Of a stretch of 64,000 bases of DNA, positions 55,652-64,000 are shown in pieces. The notes under the pieces were generated by a model. The model was given only the letters and a program-made list of their open reading frames with translations. It was not told the DNA's origin and did not search any database. The position numbers and the translations under genes are program-made. Position 1 is the first letter of the stretch; each line of letters starts with the position of its first letter. The stretch comes from Alphaproteobacteria bacterium (GTDB taxonomy: Bacteria > Pseudomonadota > Alphaproteobacteria > CALKHQ01). The stretch is taken from NCBI GenBank assembly GCA_965227515.1, contig CBDDFZ010000002.1, forward strand, positions 384,001 through 448,000, given 5' to 3'.

Positions 55652-56195
55652 ACCGCGTCGTCATTGCGAGGCGCGCCAATTCGGCGCGACGCGGCAATCC
55701 AGAGCTTAGTGCCCGATATCGTTGCAATCGCCTGGATTGCTTCGTCGCGTAGCCTGTCCTCGGGCGGGCCTGCGGGCCCGAGCCGTGGGCTTCTCGCAAT
55801 GACGCCAACCTTTTGGGGAGTTGGCCAGCAACGCCGTCGGACTCAGCCTGTAGCCTGGGTGGAGCGCAGCGAAACCCGGGTTCCACTTCGTTCGACCCAG
55901 GCTACGCGCTGGTGCTTTCCAGTTCCACCAGGGACGGCATTCCGAACCGCGTCGTCATTGCGAGGCGCGCCAATTCGGCGCGACGCGGCAATCCAGAACA
56001 ACGTGCCCGATATCGTTGCAATCGCCTGGATTGCTACGTGGAGCCTGTGCCAGCCTTCGGCCGGTCCTGAGGGACCATCCATGACTTTCCGCAGTCGTTG
56101 CCAAGACGTGGATGCCCCCTCGGATCAAGTCCGAGGGCAGGCTCCACAAGTGCGGGCATGACGTTAGTGGGTATTTAGTAAACTGTCACCGAATT
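55652..56195. repeat. Nest of palindromic repeats: two CGTCATTGCGAG elements, a GTAG REP, a CGTCATG-family arm and a half-copy of the 10099 element
   Basis: About 90-bp direct repeat at 55652 and 55946; GTAG...CTAC at 55850-55905; 56076-56163 resembles 30383-30446; AGTAAACTGTCACCG at about 56177. Confidence 0.8.
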
Positions 56196-56199
56196 GGGC

Positions 56200-57705
56200 T
56201 CAGGCGCGGCGCTGCGCGGGGACGTCGCTCACCCAACCGGCCAGTGTCTCGATCTCGCGGTAGAGTGCTGCCGCTTCCGCGTAGAGCTGCTGGTCGTATA
56301 GACCGGTCGGCGACCGGTCCGGCGTCGCGCGGAAGTGGCTCGTGAAATTCACCCGTCCAGGTGCCAGGTCCAGCGCGGCGCAAAGCTGCGTCATGGTCTG
56401 CTGCGGGGCCGCGCGCAGATCGTCCTGCAGCACGAAGATGCAGCGATCGCGGTGGCGCAGGATGTCCCGGAAGGCGTGCACCCAGTAGTCCAGCCAGTAG
56501 TCGTGGGAGTCCGGATCATGGCGCCCGGCCTCGAACCCGGCGAACTGGATCGGCTTGTGGATCAGGCCGAACTCGAAATGCCCGATATCGCGCATGTAGC
56601 GCCGGATGAAGTCGTCCTCGGTCTGCAGTGCGACGAAGTTGCGGTGCTGGCGCAGCAGCGACGCCGCATGGTTCTCCGGCCGCCGGACCGGCACGACGAT
56701 ACGGCAGTCGGGGAAGGCCTCCGCCAGGTAGGGAATGCGCGCGATGTTGGCGTTGTTCTTCGACAGATAGCGCGCGGCCTGGGCTGACTTCGCCTTGTTC
56801 CGGGACAGGCGGGCGCGCACGATCTTCGCCATGTGGCGCTCAAGAAACCGCTCGGCATCGGGCTTCCGGTCAGCGGCCGTCCATGGCGCAATCGACGACG
56901 CGCCATACTTCTCCGGCCAGTACATCTGCCAGACGACCTCCTCGAACGCCTCCGGGCTGTCGAGGTCGATCTCCAGGCCGTCGCCATGGGCGCGGTGGCG
57001 GCGGGCAACGCCACGCCGGTTGCCGCCGGCAAGCCGGTTCCACAGGCTGGGCGCGGTCACGAACGGCATGTCCCGATAGGTATGGGTGGCGACCTCCGGC
57101 AGCTCGTTCAGTGCGTTGAGAAGGGCCGTGGTGCCGCCGCGCGCCAGCGAGGTGACCAAAACCGGCGGCGCGGAAGGTGCGGGTGCGGCCCTCGCCGTCA
57201 GCCGGTCCTCGAGCCACGATGCCGAACGCAGGACGGCCGGGCTGGAGAAGGCGACCATGTGGAAGAAGCGGTCGGCGGTGGAATACAGGCTGGTTTCGGC
57301 AGCTTTCCGGTTGGCGGACGACCGCCGCAACCGCCGCACGACCTCGACGCCGATGCCCGCGACGACGCAGACGATCAGGATGTAGTCCCACCGCATCATC
57401 AGCGTCAGGATCGCGTCCTGCGACGCCAGCGCGAACTTGTCGGCCAGGAAGATCGGCGCCGCCGCGACCGCCAGGGCGGCGAGCGCGCGCCACAGGATGC
57501 TGAAGCTGGCGACGATCAGGCCGAGGCCGGCGCGCCTGACGGCGACCTCCTTGGCGTCGTCGTCCAGCTCGCTGTCCGTCATCGCGGACAGCCCCGCCAT
57601 CATCGTCTTCATGGCGCGGTGGGAGATCGGCACGATGCGCCCCCACCACAGCACCAGGCAGAAGCCGGCGACCGCCAGAAGCGAGATGGCGATCTCCGCG
57701 ATCAT
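56200..57705 (-). CDS. Membrane-anchored sulfotransferase-family (P-loop) protein
   Basis: Three N-terminal hydrophobic segments; PVLVTSLARGGTT (5'-PSB-like), RAHGDG, SPEAFEE, YLSKNN, VPVRRP...SL (3'-PB-like). Confidence 0.8.
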   Translation of the reverse strand: MIAEIAISLLAVAGFCLVLWWGRIVPISHRAMKTMMAGLSAMTDSELDDDAKEVAVRRAGLGLIVASFSILWRALAALAVAAAPIFLADKFALASQDAILTLMMRWDYILIVCVVAGIGVEVVRRLRRSSANRKAAETSLYSTADRFFHMVAFSSPAVLRSASWLEDRLTARAAPAPSAPPVLVTSLARGGTTALLNALNELPEVATHTYRDMPFVTAPSLWNRLAGGNRRGVARRHRAHGDGLEIDLDSPEAFEEVVWQMYWPEKYGASSIAPWTAADRKPDAERFLERHMAKIVRARLSRNKAKSAQAARYLSKNNANIARIPYLAEAFPDCRIVVPVRRPENHAASLLRQHRNFVALQTEDDFIRRYMRDIGHFEFGLIHKPIQFAGFEAGRHDPDSHDYWLDYWVHAFRDILRHRDRCIFVLQDDLRAAPQQTMTQLCAALDLAPGRVNFTSHFRATPDRSPTGLYDQQLYAEAAALYREIETLAGWVSDVPAQRRA

Positions 57706-57938
57706 GCGGGTTCTTGCGAGTTACCGTTGTCTGCATTGCCGCTGGCCTTGGCCTTGCGCATACGCTTCAGCGGGTACCAGAGCAGGCCGACCCCGAGCAG
57801 CAGCACGCCACCGATCAGCGCGACGGTGACCGCGATGGCGCCCAGGCCGGCGCCGGGCCCGATATAGGCCAGCGCGGGGCTGGGCAGCAGCACCGCAACC
57901 GTGGCCAGCATTGCAGCCAGGCGTAGCGAATTCATCAT
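57702..57938 (-). CDS. Small exported membrane protein (AYIGPGAG motif)
   Basis: Signal peptide ending PALA, AYIGPGAGLG, one TM helix, basic WYPLKRMRK; SD GAGGAG; stop overlaps the next start. Confidence 0.75.
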   Translation of the reverse strand: MMNSLRLAAMLATVAVLLPSPALAYIGPGAGLGAIAVTVALIGGVLLLGVGLLWYPLKRMRKAKASGNADNGNSQEPA

Positions 57939-57987
57939 CGTTCTCCTCGCGTCTAGCGCATCCCATCGTCACCGCTGGCGCACGCCC

Positions 57988-59349
57988 TCAGTTCGCGCAA
58001 GCCGTCCACTCGGTGTCGAAATAGTCCGCGGCATAGATCGCCGCGTTGGTGATCTCGCCGACGAAATCGTCGTTGTAGTGGTTGACGTATTCCCAAACGA
58101 CGTTGCGCCCGGCGTCGACTTCCAGCACCCGGCCGGCATCGAACTCTGTGATCAGGATACCGTCGTCCGCCAGCAGCTCGTGATTGCCGCGAATGACCGA
58201 CAACATTTCCTCACCCGGCCGCTCGCCGAACAGCACCTCGGTCTCCCGGGTCACGGGGTCGACCGCCACGATGTTGGTGGTGAACGGCGTGCTCAGCACG
58301 GTTTGGTCGTCGACATAGGCGGTGCGGTAGACATTGTTGTTGAAGATCGACAGCCGGCCGTCGGGGCGAAACTCGGGGTCGTGCTGGCGCAGCCATGGCC
58401 CGGTCTGGTGCCACTTCACCTCGTAAGTGACCGGATCGACCACCATGACAAGGTTGAGCCCGCGCATGGAGATCGCCAGGTCGCCGGCGGCAAACAACGG
58501 AAACGCATCGGCGATGGCCGTCGGCAGCTCCGTCACCTTGTTGGCGTGCACCAGGTCGGTCCGCTCGACGATGTCGTGGCCGAAGTCGTTGCCGTTCGCG
58601 GTCAGGATGGCTTCCATGCCGGCGTCGCGCATCAGCTCGGGGATCGAGGTCTCCGAGATGATGTCGCCGTCCTCGCTGACCCGCAGGATCGTGTCCTCCC
58701 GCATGACCTGCTCGGTCGCCGCCGCGGCAAACGGTGCCAGCCGGGACGGCGCCTCGATGGCCTTCCAGTTGAGCTGGCCGAGCAGCCAGTACCCGCCGGC
58801 CTCCGCCGGGACCAGGGAATGGTGGGTGGGCTGGTCGATGGTCCAGGCCACGCCGCCGCACTGGTCCAGTTTGACGGTGCCGCAATACTCGTAGTTGAAG
58901 ACCAGCTCGCCGCGCGGCGTCACATGGGCGCCGTGGGTGTCGACCAGCAGCGGCGAGGCGAGGTCGCAGACGCGCGCGTCGACGTCCGGGAAGTGGGCGA
59001 AGTAGTCGAGCGACCACTGTTTCACGATGGTCCCGTCGCGCCGGATCAGGCGCACCTGGTTTTCCTCGTCGAAGAACCCGGCCAGCATCACCAGGGCGCC
59101 GTCATCGGGGCCCGCGTTGATCGTCACGCCGTTGCCCTGGCCGCGGGTCGGCTGCAGGTGCTCGTAGAGCGGCGTGTCCATCAGCCCGCCATCGCTGAAG
59201 ATGGTGTCGTAGGCGTCTTTCAGCTGGGGGATCGGCGGCAGGTTGTTGCCGTGCGCCAGCGCGCCGAAAAGAAACACCGACGCCAGGACGGTAAAGGCCA
59301 GGCAGCCGACGAAAATACGTCTTGCAATGTTGTCGACAAGTTTCGACAT
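57988..59349 (-). CDS. Arylsulfotransferase (ASST)-like beta-propeller protein
   Basis: N-terminal TM anchor; THHS, DLVHAN, ISMR, RQHDP, FNN, GRVLEVD..VVWEY. Confidence 0.8.
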   Translation of the reverse strand: MSKLVDNIARRIFVGCLAFTVLASVFLFGALAHGNNLPPIPQLKDAYDTIFSDGGLMDTPLYEHLQPTRGQGNGVTINAGPDDGALVMLAGFFDEENQVRLIRRDGTIVKQWSLDYFAHFPDVDARVCDLASPLLVDTHGAHVTPRGELVFNYEYCGTVKLDQCGGVAWTIDQPTHHSLVPAEAGGYWLLGQLNWKAIEAPSRLAPFAAAATEQVMREDTILRVSEDGDIISETSIPELMRDAGMEAILTANGNDFGHDIVERTDLVHANKVTELPTAIADAFPLFAAGDLAISMRGLNLVMVVDPVTYEVKWHQTGPWLRQHDPEFRPDGRLSIFNNNVYRTAYVDDQTVLSTPFTTNIVAVDPVTRETEVLFGERPGEEMLSVIRGNHELLADDGILITEFDAGRVLEVDAGRNVVWEYVNHYNDDFVGEITNAAIYAADYFDTEWTACAN

Positions 59350-59479
59350 CTCTGCCTCGCACCGAACAAGTGGGCTGATCGATTTCCGTGGTGGAAGTCG
59401 CGCGCGAAAGACCCTATCCCGGTGGGGTTAAAATACGGTTCCGGTGCCCCACGACGCTCATGAAACCGAGGCGAACCCG

Positions 59480-60046
59480 ATGTCCGACAAGAACGAGATT
59501 TTGACCGAGCGCTTGGTATTGCGGCGGGTCGGGCAGGGCGACGTGACCGACATCGTCAGGATGGACGCCGACCCGGTGGTGATGCGGTTCATGGGCGGCC
59601 CGGCGGACCAGACCAGCCGGGAGCGATGGTTCCGTGCCGCCATTCGGCGGGGGTGGCCCGTGGGCGGCGGCCTCTGGGCGGTGCGCGACCGCGCCGACGG
59701 CCGTTTCCTCGGCACCAGCGGCCTGTTCGACATCCCGATGCAGTCGTCGTTCTACGGGCCGCAGCTCTACGAGATCGGCTATCGGTTCTTGCAGCATGCC
59801 TGGGGGCGGGGCATCGCGACCGAGGCGGGACGTGCGGTGCTGGACCACGGGTTTCGGGTCATGGGCCTGGACCCGATCGTCGCGGTCACCAATCCCTTCA
59901 ACTTCAACTCGCAGCGCGTGCTCAGCAAGATCGGCTTCCGCCGCGAAGGCGAACGCGTCGCCTATGATCTGTCGCTGCCGTTCTTCGTCGCCACCCGCAA
60001 GCGCCACGAGGCGATGGCTACGCGCGCCAATGGCAAGGGGCTATAA
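59480..60046 (+). CDS. GNAT N-acetyltransferase (RimJ/RimL-like)
   Basis: TERLVLR, EIGYR, WGRGIATEA, NFNSQRVLSKIGF. Confidence 0.9.
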   Translation: MSDKNEILTERLVLRRVGQGDVTDIVRMDADPVVMRFMGGPADQTSRERWFRAAIRRGWPVGGGLWAVRDRADGRFLGTSGLFDIPMQSSFYGPQLYEIGYRFLQHAWGRGIATEAGRAVLDHGFRVMGLDPIVAVTNPFNFNSQRVLSKIGFRREGERVAYDLSLPFFVATRKRHEAMATRANGKGL

Positions 60047-60077
60047 CGGCGCTTCTTGATCAATAAGGGAAACGGCC

Positions 60078-61007
60078 ATGCCAGTTCGCGAGCTCGACCC
60101 GTGGCGGATGCAGTATTTCGAGAATCTCGACTGCCCGGATGACGTGGTCATCCCGACCGAGGATGGCGACGCCTATATGATGTTTCCCAAGCATCGCTGG
60201 ATCTACAACAAGCTGACGATCTGCGAGAGCCAGGGTATCGCTGGCGCGCCCCATGGCTTCGAGCCCGAGGCCTACCCCGTCTTCTCCAAGCCGATCTACA
60301 ACATGCGCGGCATGGGCGCTGGCTCCCAGGTGTTCGCGTCGCACGACGACTACATGCTCGGCCAGATGCCGGGTCATTTGTGGATGGAGCTGATGAAGGG
60401 CGAGCACGTCAGCACCGATATCGCGGTGGTGGACGGCGAGCCGAAATGGTGGCGCCATGTGACCGGGGTTTCGATCGGCGATGGCGTGTTCGACTATTGG
60501 CACGTGCATGCGGCGCCACGCCCGCAGATCGAGGATTATTGCGGACGCTGGCTGCGCGCGCACTTCACCGGCTACACCGGCATGGTCAATGTGGAGACCA
60601 TCGGCGGCCGCATCATCGAAGGCCATCTGCGCTTCGCCGACCAGTGGCCCGACCTCTATGGCAAGGGCTGGTGCGACGCGCTGGTCGGCCTCTACCGCGA
60701 CGGGGCTTGGAACTTCGACGACGCCGACCGGCGCGACGGCTATAGCGTGGTGCTGTTCGGCGCCCACGGCGTGCCCTACACGCACCCACCCAAGGACCTG
60801 GTCGATGAGCTGCGCGCGCGTCCCGGTGTGTCCAGCATCCAGATCACGTTCCATGACGACCGGCCGCTGGAGGCGCATTCCATGCCGCCCGGCGGCTTCC
60901 GGCTCGCCATCGTCAACTGCCACGACCTCGACCTGGGCCGCGCGATCCGCGACGAACTGGCACTGGCGTTCTGGTCCACGCATACGCTCGGTGCGACGGC
61001 CGGCTAA
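60078..61007 (+). CDS. Hypothetical protein with ATP-grasp-like motifs
   Basis: YNK, YPVFSKP..GMGAGS, WMELMKGEHVSTD, GMVNVE, IIEGHLR in ATP-grasp order. Confidence 0.65.
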   Translation: MPVRELDPWRMQYFENLDCPDDVVIPTEDGDAYMMFPKHRWIYNKLTICESQGIAGAPHGFEPEAYPVFSKPIYNMRGMGAGSQVFASHDDYMLGQMPGHLWMELMKGEHVSTDIAVVDGEPKWWRHVTGVSIGDGVFDYWHVHAAPRPQIEDYCGRWLRAHFTGYTGMVNVETIGGRIIEGHLRFADQWPDLYGKGWCDALVGLYRDGAWNFDDADRRDGYSVVLFGAHGVPYTHPPKDLVDELRARPGVSSIQITFHDDRPLEAHSMPPGGFRLAIVNCHDLDLGRAIRDELALAFWSTHTLGATAG

Positions 61008-61017
61008 GCGCATGTAG

Positions 61018-63051
61018 ATGACAGTCGTTGACGACTTTCCGCACGACATTGAGGAAATAGAGAACACCTGGATCGCGATGCCGGACGGTGTACGGCTGGC
61101 GGCGCGCATATGGCTGCCGAGGGCGGCGCATGACACGCCGGTGCCCGCGATCCTGGAATACCTGCCCTACCGCAAGCGCGACCTGACCCGGCTGCGCGAC
61201 GAACCGATGCACCGCTACTACGCCGGCCACGGCTATGCCGCGGTGCGCGTCGACGTCCGCGGCGCCGGCGACAGCGACGGCGTGCTCGCCGATGAGTATT
61301 CGCGCCAGGAGCACGAGGACGCCCAACACGTCGTTGCCTGGCTGGCGGGCCAGCCCTGGTGCAGCGGTGCGGTCGGCATGGTCGGTATCTCGTGGGGCGG
61401 GTTCAACGCGCTGCAGGTGGCGGCGCTGCGGCCGCCGGCCCTGAAGGCAATCATTACGCTGTGTGCGGCGGATGACCGGTATGCCGACGACGCCCACTAC
61501 ATGGGCGGCTGCCTGATCAACGAGAACCAGCAATGGGGCACGGTGCTGACCGCCTTCAACGCGTTTCCGCCCGACCCGGAGATTTCCGGCGAAGGCTGGC
61601 GCGCGAAGTGGCTGGAGCGGCTGCATCACGCGACCCTGTTCCCGGCGCTCTGGCTGCGCCACCAGCGGCGCGACGACTATTGGCGGCACGGCTCGGTATG
61701 CGAGGCGCCGGACCGGATCGCCTGCCCGGTCCTTGCCATCGGGGGCTGGGCCGACGGCTACTCCAATGCTGTGCCGCGCCTGCTGGCCAGCTTGACCGTG
61801 CCGCGCAAGGGCCTGATCGGACCGTGGGCGCACATGTACCCCCACGACGGTGTGCCCGGCCCCGAGATCGGGTTCCTGCAGGAGGCGGTGCGCTGGTGGG
61901 ATCACTGGCTGAAGGGCATCGACACAGGGACCATGGACGAGCCGATGTACCGGGTCTGGATGCAGGAGAGCGTGCCGCCGCAGCCGAGCTACGACCATCG
62001 GCCGGGCCGCTGGGTGTCGGAAGCCTCCTGGCCGTCGCCGCGCATCGTTGGGCACACGCTGCACCTGGGGCCGGCCGGGCTGGATGCCGCGCCGCAGCCC
62101 GACGCCGAGTTGTCCGTCTCGTCGCCGCAGACGACAGGGTTCCATGGCGGGGTGTGGTGCGCCTTCGGCAGCGAGGGCGAGATGCCCACCGACCAGCGAG
62201 CCGACGACGGCTGCTCGCTGACATTCGACAGTGCGCCGCTGGAGGCCGCTTTGGAAATCCTCGGTGCGCCGGTCGTAACCCTGGAACTGGCGCTTGACCG
62301 GCCCGTCGGCATGATCGCCGTTCGTCTGTGCGATGTCGCACCGGACGGCACGTCGGCCAGGGTGACCTATGGGCTGCTCAACCTGACCCACCGCGACAGC
62401 CATGCGGACCCGGTGTCGCTCGAACCGGGTAAGACCTACACGGTGCGGATCGCCTTGAACGACATCGCCCATGCGTTCCCGGCCGGCAACACGATCCGGT
62501 TGGCGGTTTCCACCAGCTACTGGCCGATCGCCTGGCCGGCGCCGGAGCCGGCGGTGCTGACCGTGTTCACCGCCGGCAGCGCCCTGCAGTTGCCGGTGCG
62601 CCCGCCGGACCCCGCCGACGCGAACCTGCGTCCGTTTTCGCCGCCGGAGCGCGCACCGGGCGAGGAGGTGCAGCCATTGCGCCCGCTGAAGTTCGTGCGC
62701 GAACTCGGCCGCGACCTCACCACCGGCGCCACTGTCTATCGCCTACACAGCGATGCCGGTGAACTGGGCGGGGCGGCGCTCGCCCGCATCGACGCCATCG
62801 ACCTGGAACTCGGCAAGCGGTTCGAGAAGCACTACCGGATCGACGACACCGACCCGCTGAGCGCGCGCTTCGAGGCGAGTTACGCCACCACATTCCGGCG
62901 TGGCGACTGGCGTGTCCGCGTCGACGTCCGCACGCGGCTGACCGCGAGCCGCGACAGCTTCCACGTCGCGGCCACGCTGGAAGCTTATGAGGGCGAAACG
63001 CGTGTCTTCGCCCGCTCCTGGGACGAGGCCATTCCGCGCGATCTGGTGTGA
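61018..63051 (+). CDS. CocE/NonD family serine hydrolase (X-Pro dipeptidyl-peptidase-like)
   Basis: MPDGVRLAARIWLP, EYLPYRKRD, DVRGAGDSDG, nucleophile GISWGG, GGWADGY, GPWAH; no signal peptide. Confidence 0.92.
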   Translation: MTVVDDFPHDIEEIENTWIAMPDGVRLAARIWLPRAAHDTPVPAILEYLPYRKRDLTRLRDEPMHRYYAGHGYAAVRVDVRGAGDSDGVLADEYSRQEHEDAQHVVAWLAGQPWCSGAVGMVGISWGGFNALQVAALRPPALKAIITLCAADDRYADDAHYMGGCLINENQQWGTVLTAFNAFPPDPEISGEGWRAKWLERLHHATLFPALWLRHQRRDDYWRHGSVCEAPDRIACPVLAIGGWADGYSNAVPRLLASLTVPRKGLIGPWAHMYPHDGVPGPEIGFLQEAVRWWDHWLKGIDTGTMDEPMYRVWMQESVPPQPSYDHRPGRWVSEASWPSPRIVGHTLHLGPAGLDAAPQPDAELSVSSPQTTGFHGGVWCAFGSEGEMPTDQRADDGCSLTFDSAPLEAALEILGAPVVTLELALDRPVGMIAVRLCDVAPDGTSARVTYGLLNLTHRDSHADPVSLEPGKTYTVRIALNDIAHAFPAGNTIRLAVSTSYWPIAWPAPEPAVLTVFTAGSALQLPVRPPDPADANLRPFSPPERAPGEEVQPLRPLKFVRELGRDLTTGATVYRLHSDAGELGGAALARIDAIDLELGKRFEKHYRIDDTDPLSARFEASYATTFRRGDWRVRVDVRTRLTASRDSFHVAATLEAYEGETRVFARSWDEAIPRDLV

Positions 63052-63058
63052 TCTTGCG

Positions 63059-64000
63059 TCATCTCCTTCCGAACAGGCGTTCGATATCGGCGAGCTTGAG
63101 TTCGACGTAGGTCGGGCGGCCGTGGTTGCACTGCCCGGAATGCGGGGTCGCCTCCATCTGGCGCAGGAGCGCGTTCATCTCCTCTGCGTTGAGGCGGCGG
63201 CCGGAGCGCACCGAGCCATGGCAGGCCATGGTGCCGCACACGGTCTCCAACTTCTCGCGCAGCGCCAGGTGATCGCCCAGGCTGGCCAGTTCGTCGGCCA
63301 GGTCGCGGACCAGGCCCGCGGCATCGGTCACGCCGAGCAGCGCCGGCATCTCGCGCACCACGACGGCGCCGCTGCCGAACCGCTCCAGCACCACGCCGAG
63401 TTCCGCCAGCTCGTCGGCGCGAGCAGCCAGCCGGTCGGCGTCGGCCTCGTCCATCTCCACGACCTCGGGCAGCAGCAGGGCCTGGCGCGCGATGCCTGTC
63501 TCGGCCAGCGCCGCCTTCATGCGTTCGTAGACCAGGCGCTCGTGGGCGGCATGCTGGTCGACAATGACGATGCCGTCGGCGGTCTGCGCGACGATGTAGG
63601 TCTCGTGCACCTGGGCGCGGGCGGCTCCCAGTGGATGGTCTGCGCCATTGGTTGCGGGGGCGGCCTCGTCATCCGCCTCGACCCGCGCGCCGGGCGCGCC
63701 GCCGCCTGCATCCAGGGGCGCCTGATAGGCGTAGCTCGCCTCGGCAAGACCGCGCGCGACATGGCCGCCAATTTGGCCACCGCTGGAGGGCAGAAACGAA
63801 TATCCGCCTACCGCTGTCACCGGCTGCTGCGCTCCGTTGCCGGCGTGAAGTGCGCCAAGCGCGTCCCCCGCCACGGTGGTCGACGCGCGATGACCCGCCT
63901 GCGCCAGCGCATGCCTGAGCGCGGAGACGATCAGGCCGCGCACCAGGGCGGCATCGCGGAACCGCACCTCAGCCTTTGCCGGGTGGACGTTGACGTCGAC
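63059..64000 (-). CDS. mutL: DNA mismatch repair protein MutL, 3' part (runs off the window)
   Basis: [14 protein letters not shown] at the window edge, [32 protein letters not shown]. Confidence 0.97.
   Translation of the reverse strand, partial: VDVNVHPAKAEVRFRDAALVRGLIVSALRHALAQAGHRASTTVAGDALGALHAGNGAQQPVTAVGGYSFLPSSGGQIGGHVARGLAEASYAYQAPLDAGGGAPGARVEADDEAAPATNGADHPLGAARAQVHETYIVAQTADGIVIVDQHAAHERLVYERMKAALAETGIARQALLLPEVVEMDEADADRLAARADELAELGVVLERFGSGAVVVREMPALLGVTDAAGLVRDLADELASLGDHLALREKLETVCGTMACHGSVRSGRRLNAEEMNALLRQMEATPHSGQCNHGRPTYVELKLADIERLFGRR

Overview
High-GC bacterial chromosomal window, most consistent with an alphaproteobacterium (gene order mutM-enoyl-CoA hydratase-rpsT-dnaA-dnaN-recF-gyrB; GANTC sites in the dnaA/dnaN control regions). 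0-10 kb is the replication core, with gyrB broken by a single-base frameshift. 10-26 kb is mixed: RidA, a frameshifted peroxiredoxin, SodC, a MacAB-like exporter, a binding-protein/histidine-kinase pair with no response regulator, a form II coxSLM-like molybdoenzyme, a YcbK-like peptidase, a lysine-free hyper-acidic Sel1 protein and an MFS transporter. 26-55 kb is a mostly minus-strand catabolic region built around two paralogous modules of a short hydantoinase/oxoprolinase A subunit plus DUF917 (3 DUF917 copies, no hydantoinase B subunit). It also holds a hydantoin-type racemase, a creatininase-family protein, an N-acyl-D-amino-acid deacylase, four ABC importers and a clear sigma-54 promoter; this is the best candidate for an uncharacterised system. 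55-64 kb has a nest of palindromic repeats, a three-gene sulfotransfer module, a GNAT/ATP-grasp-like/CocE-NonD trio and the 3' part of mutL. Several families of REP-like palindromes sit between genes, and one is translated in frame inside an ABC ATPase. I saw no rRNA, tRNA, CRISPR array, transposase or prophage. All calls come from motif recognition by eye; no database searches were run.
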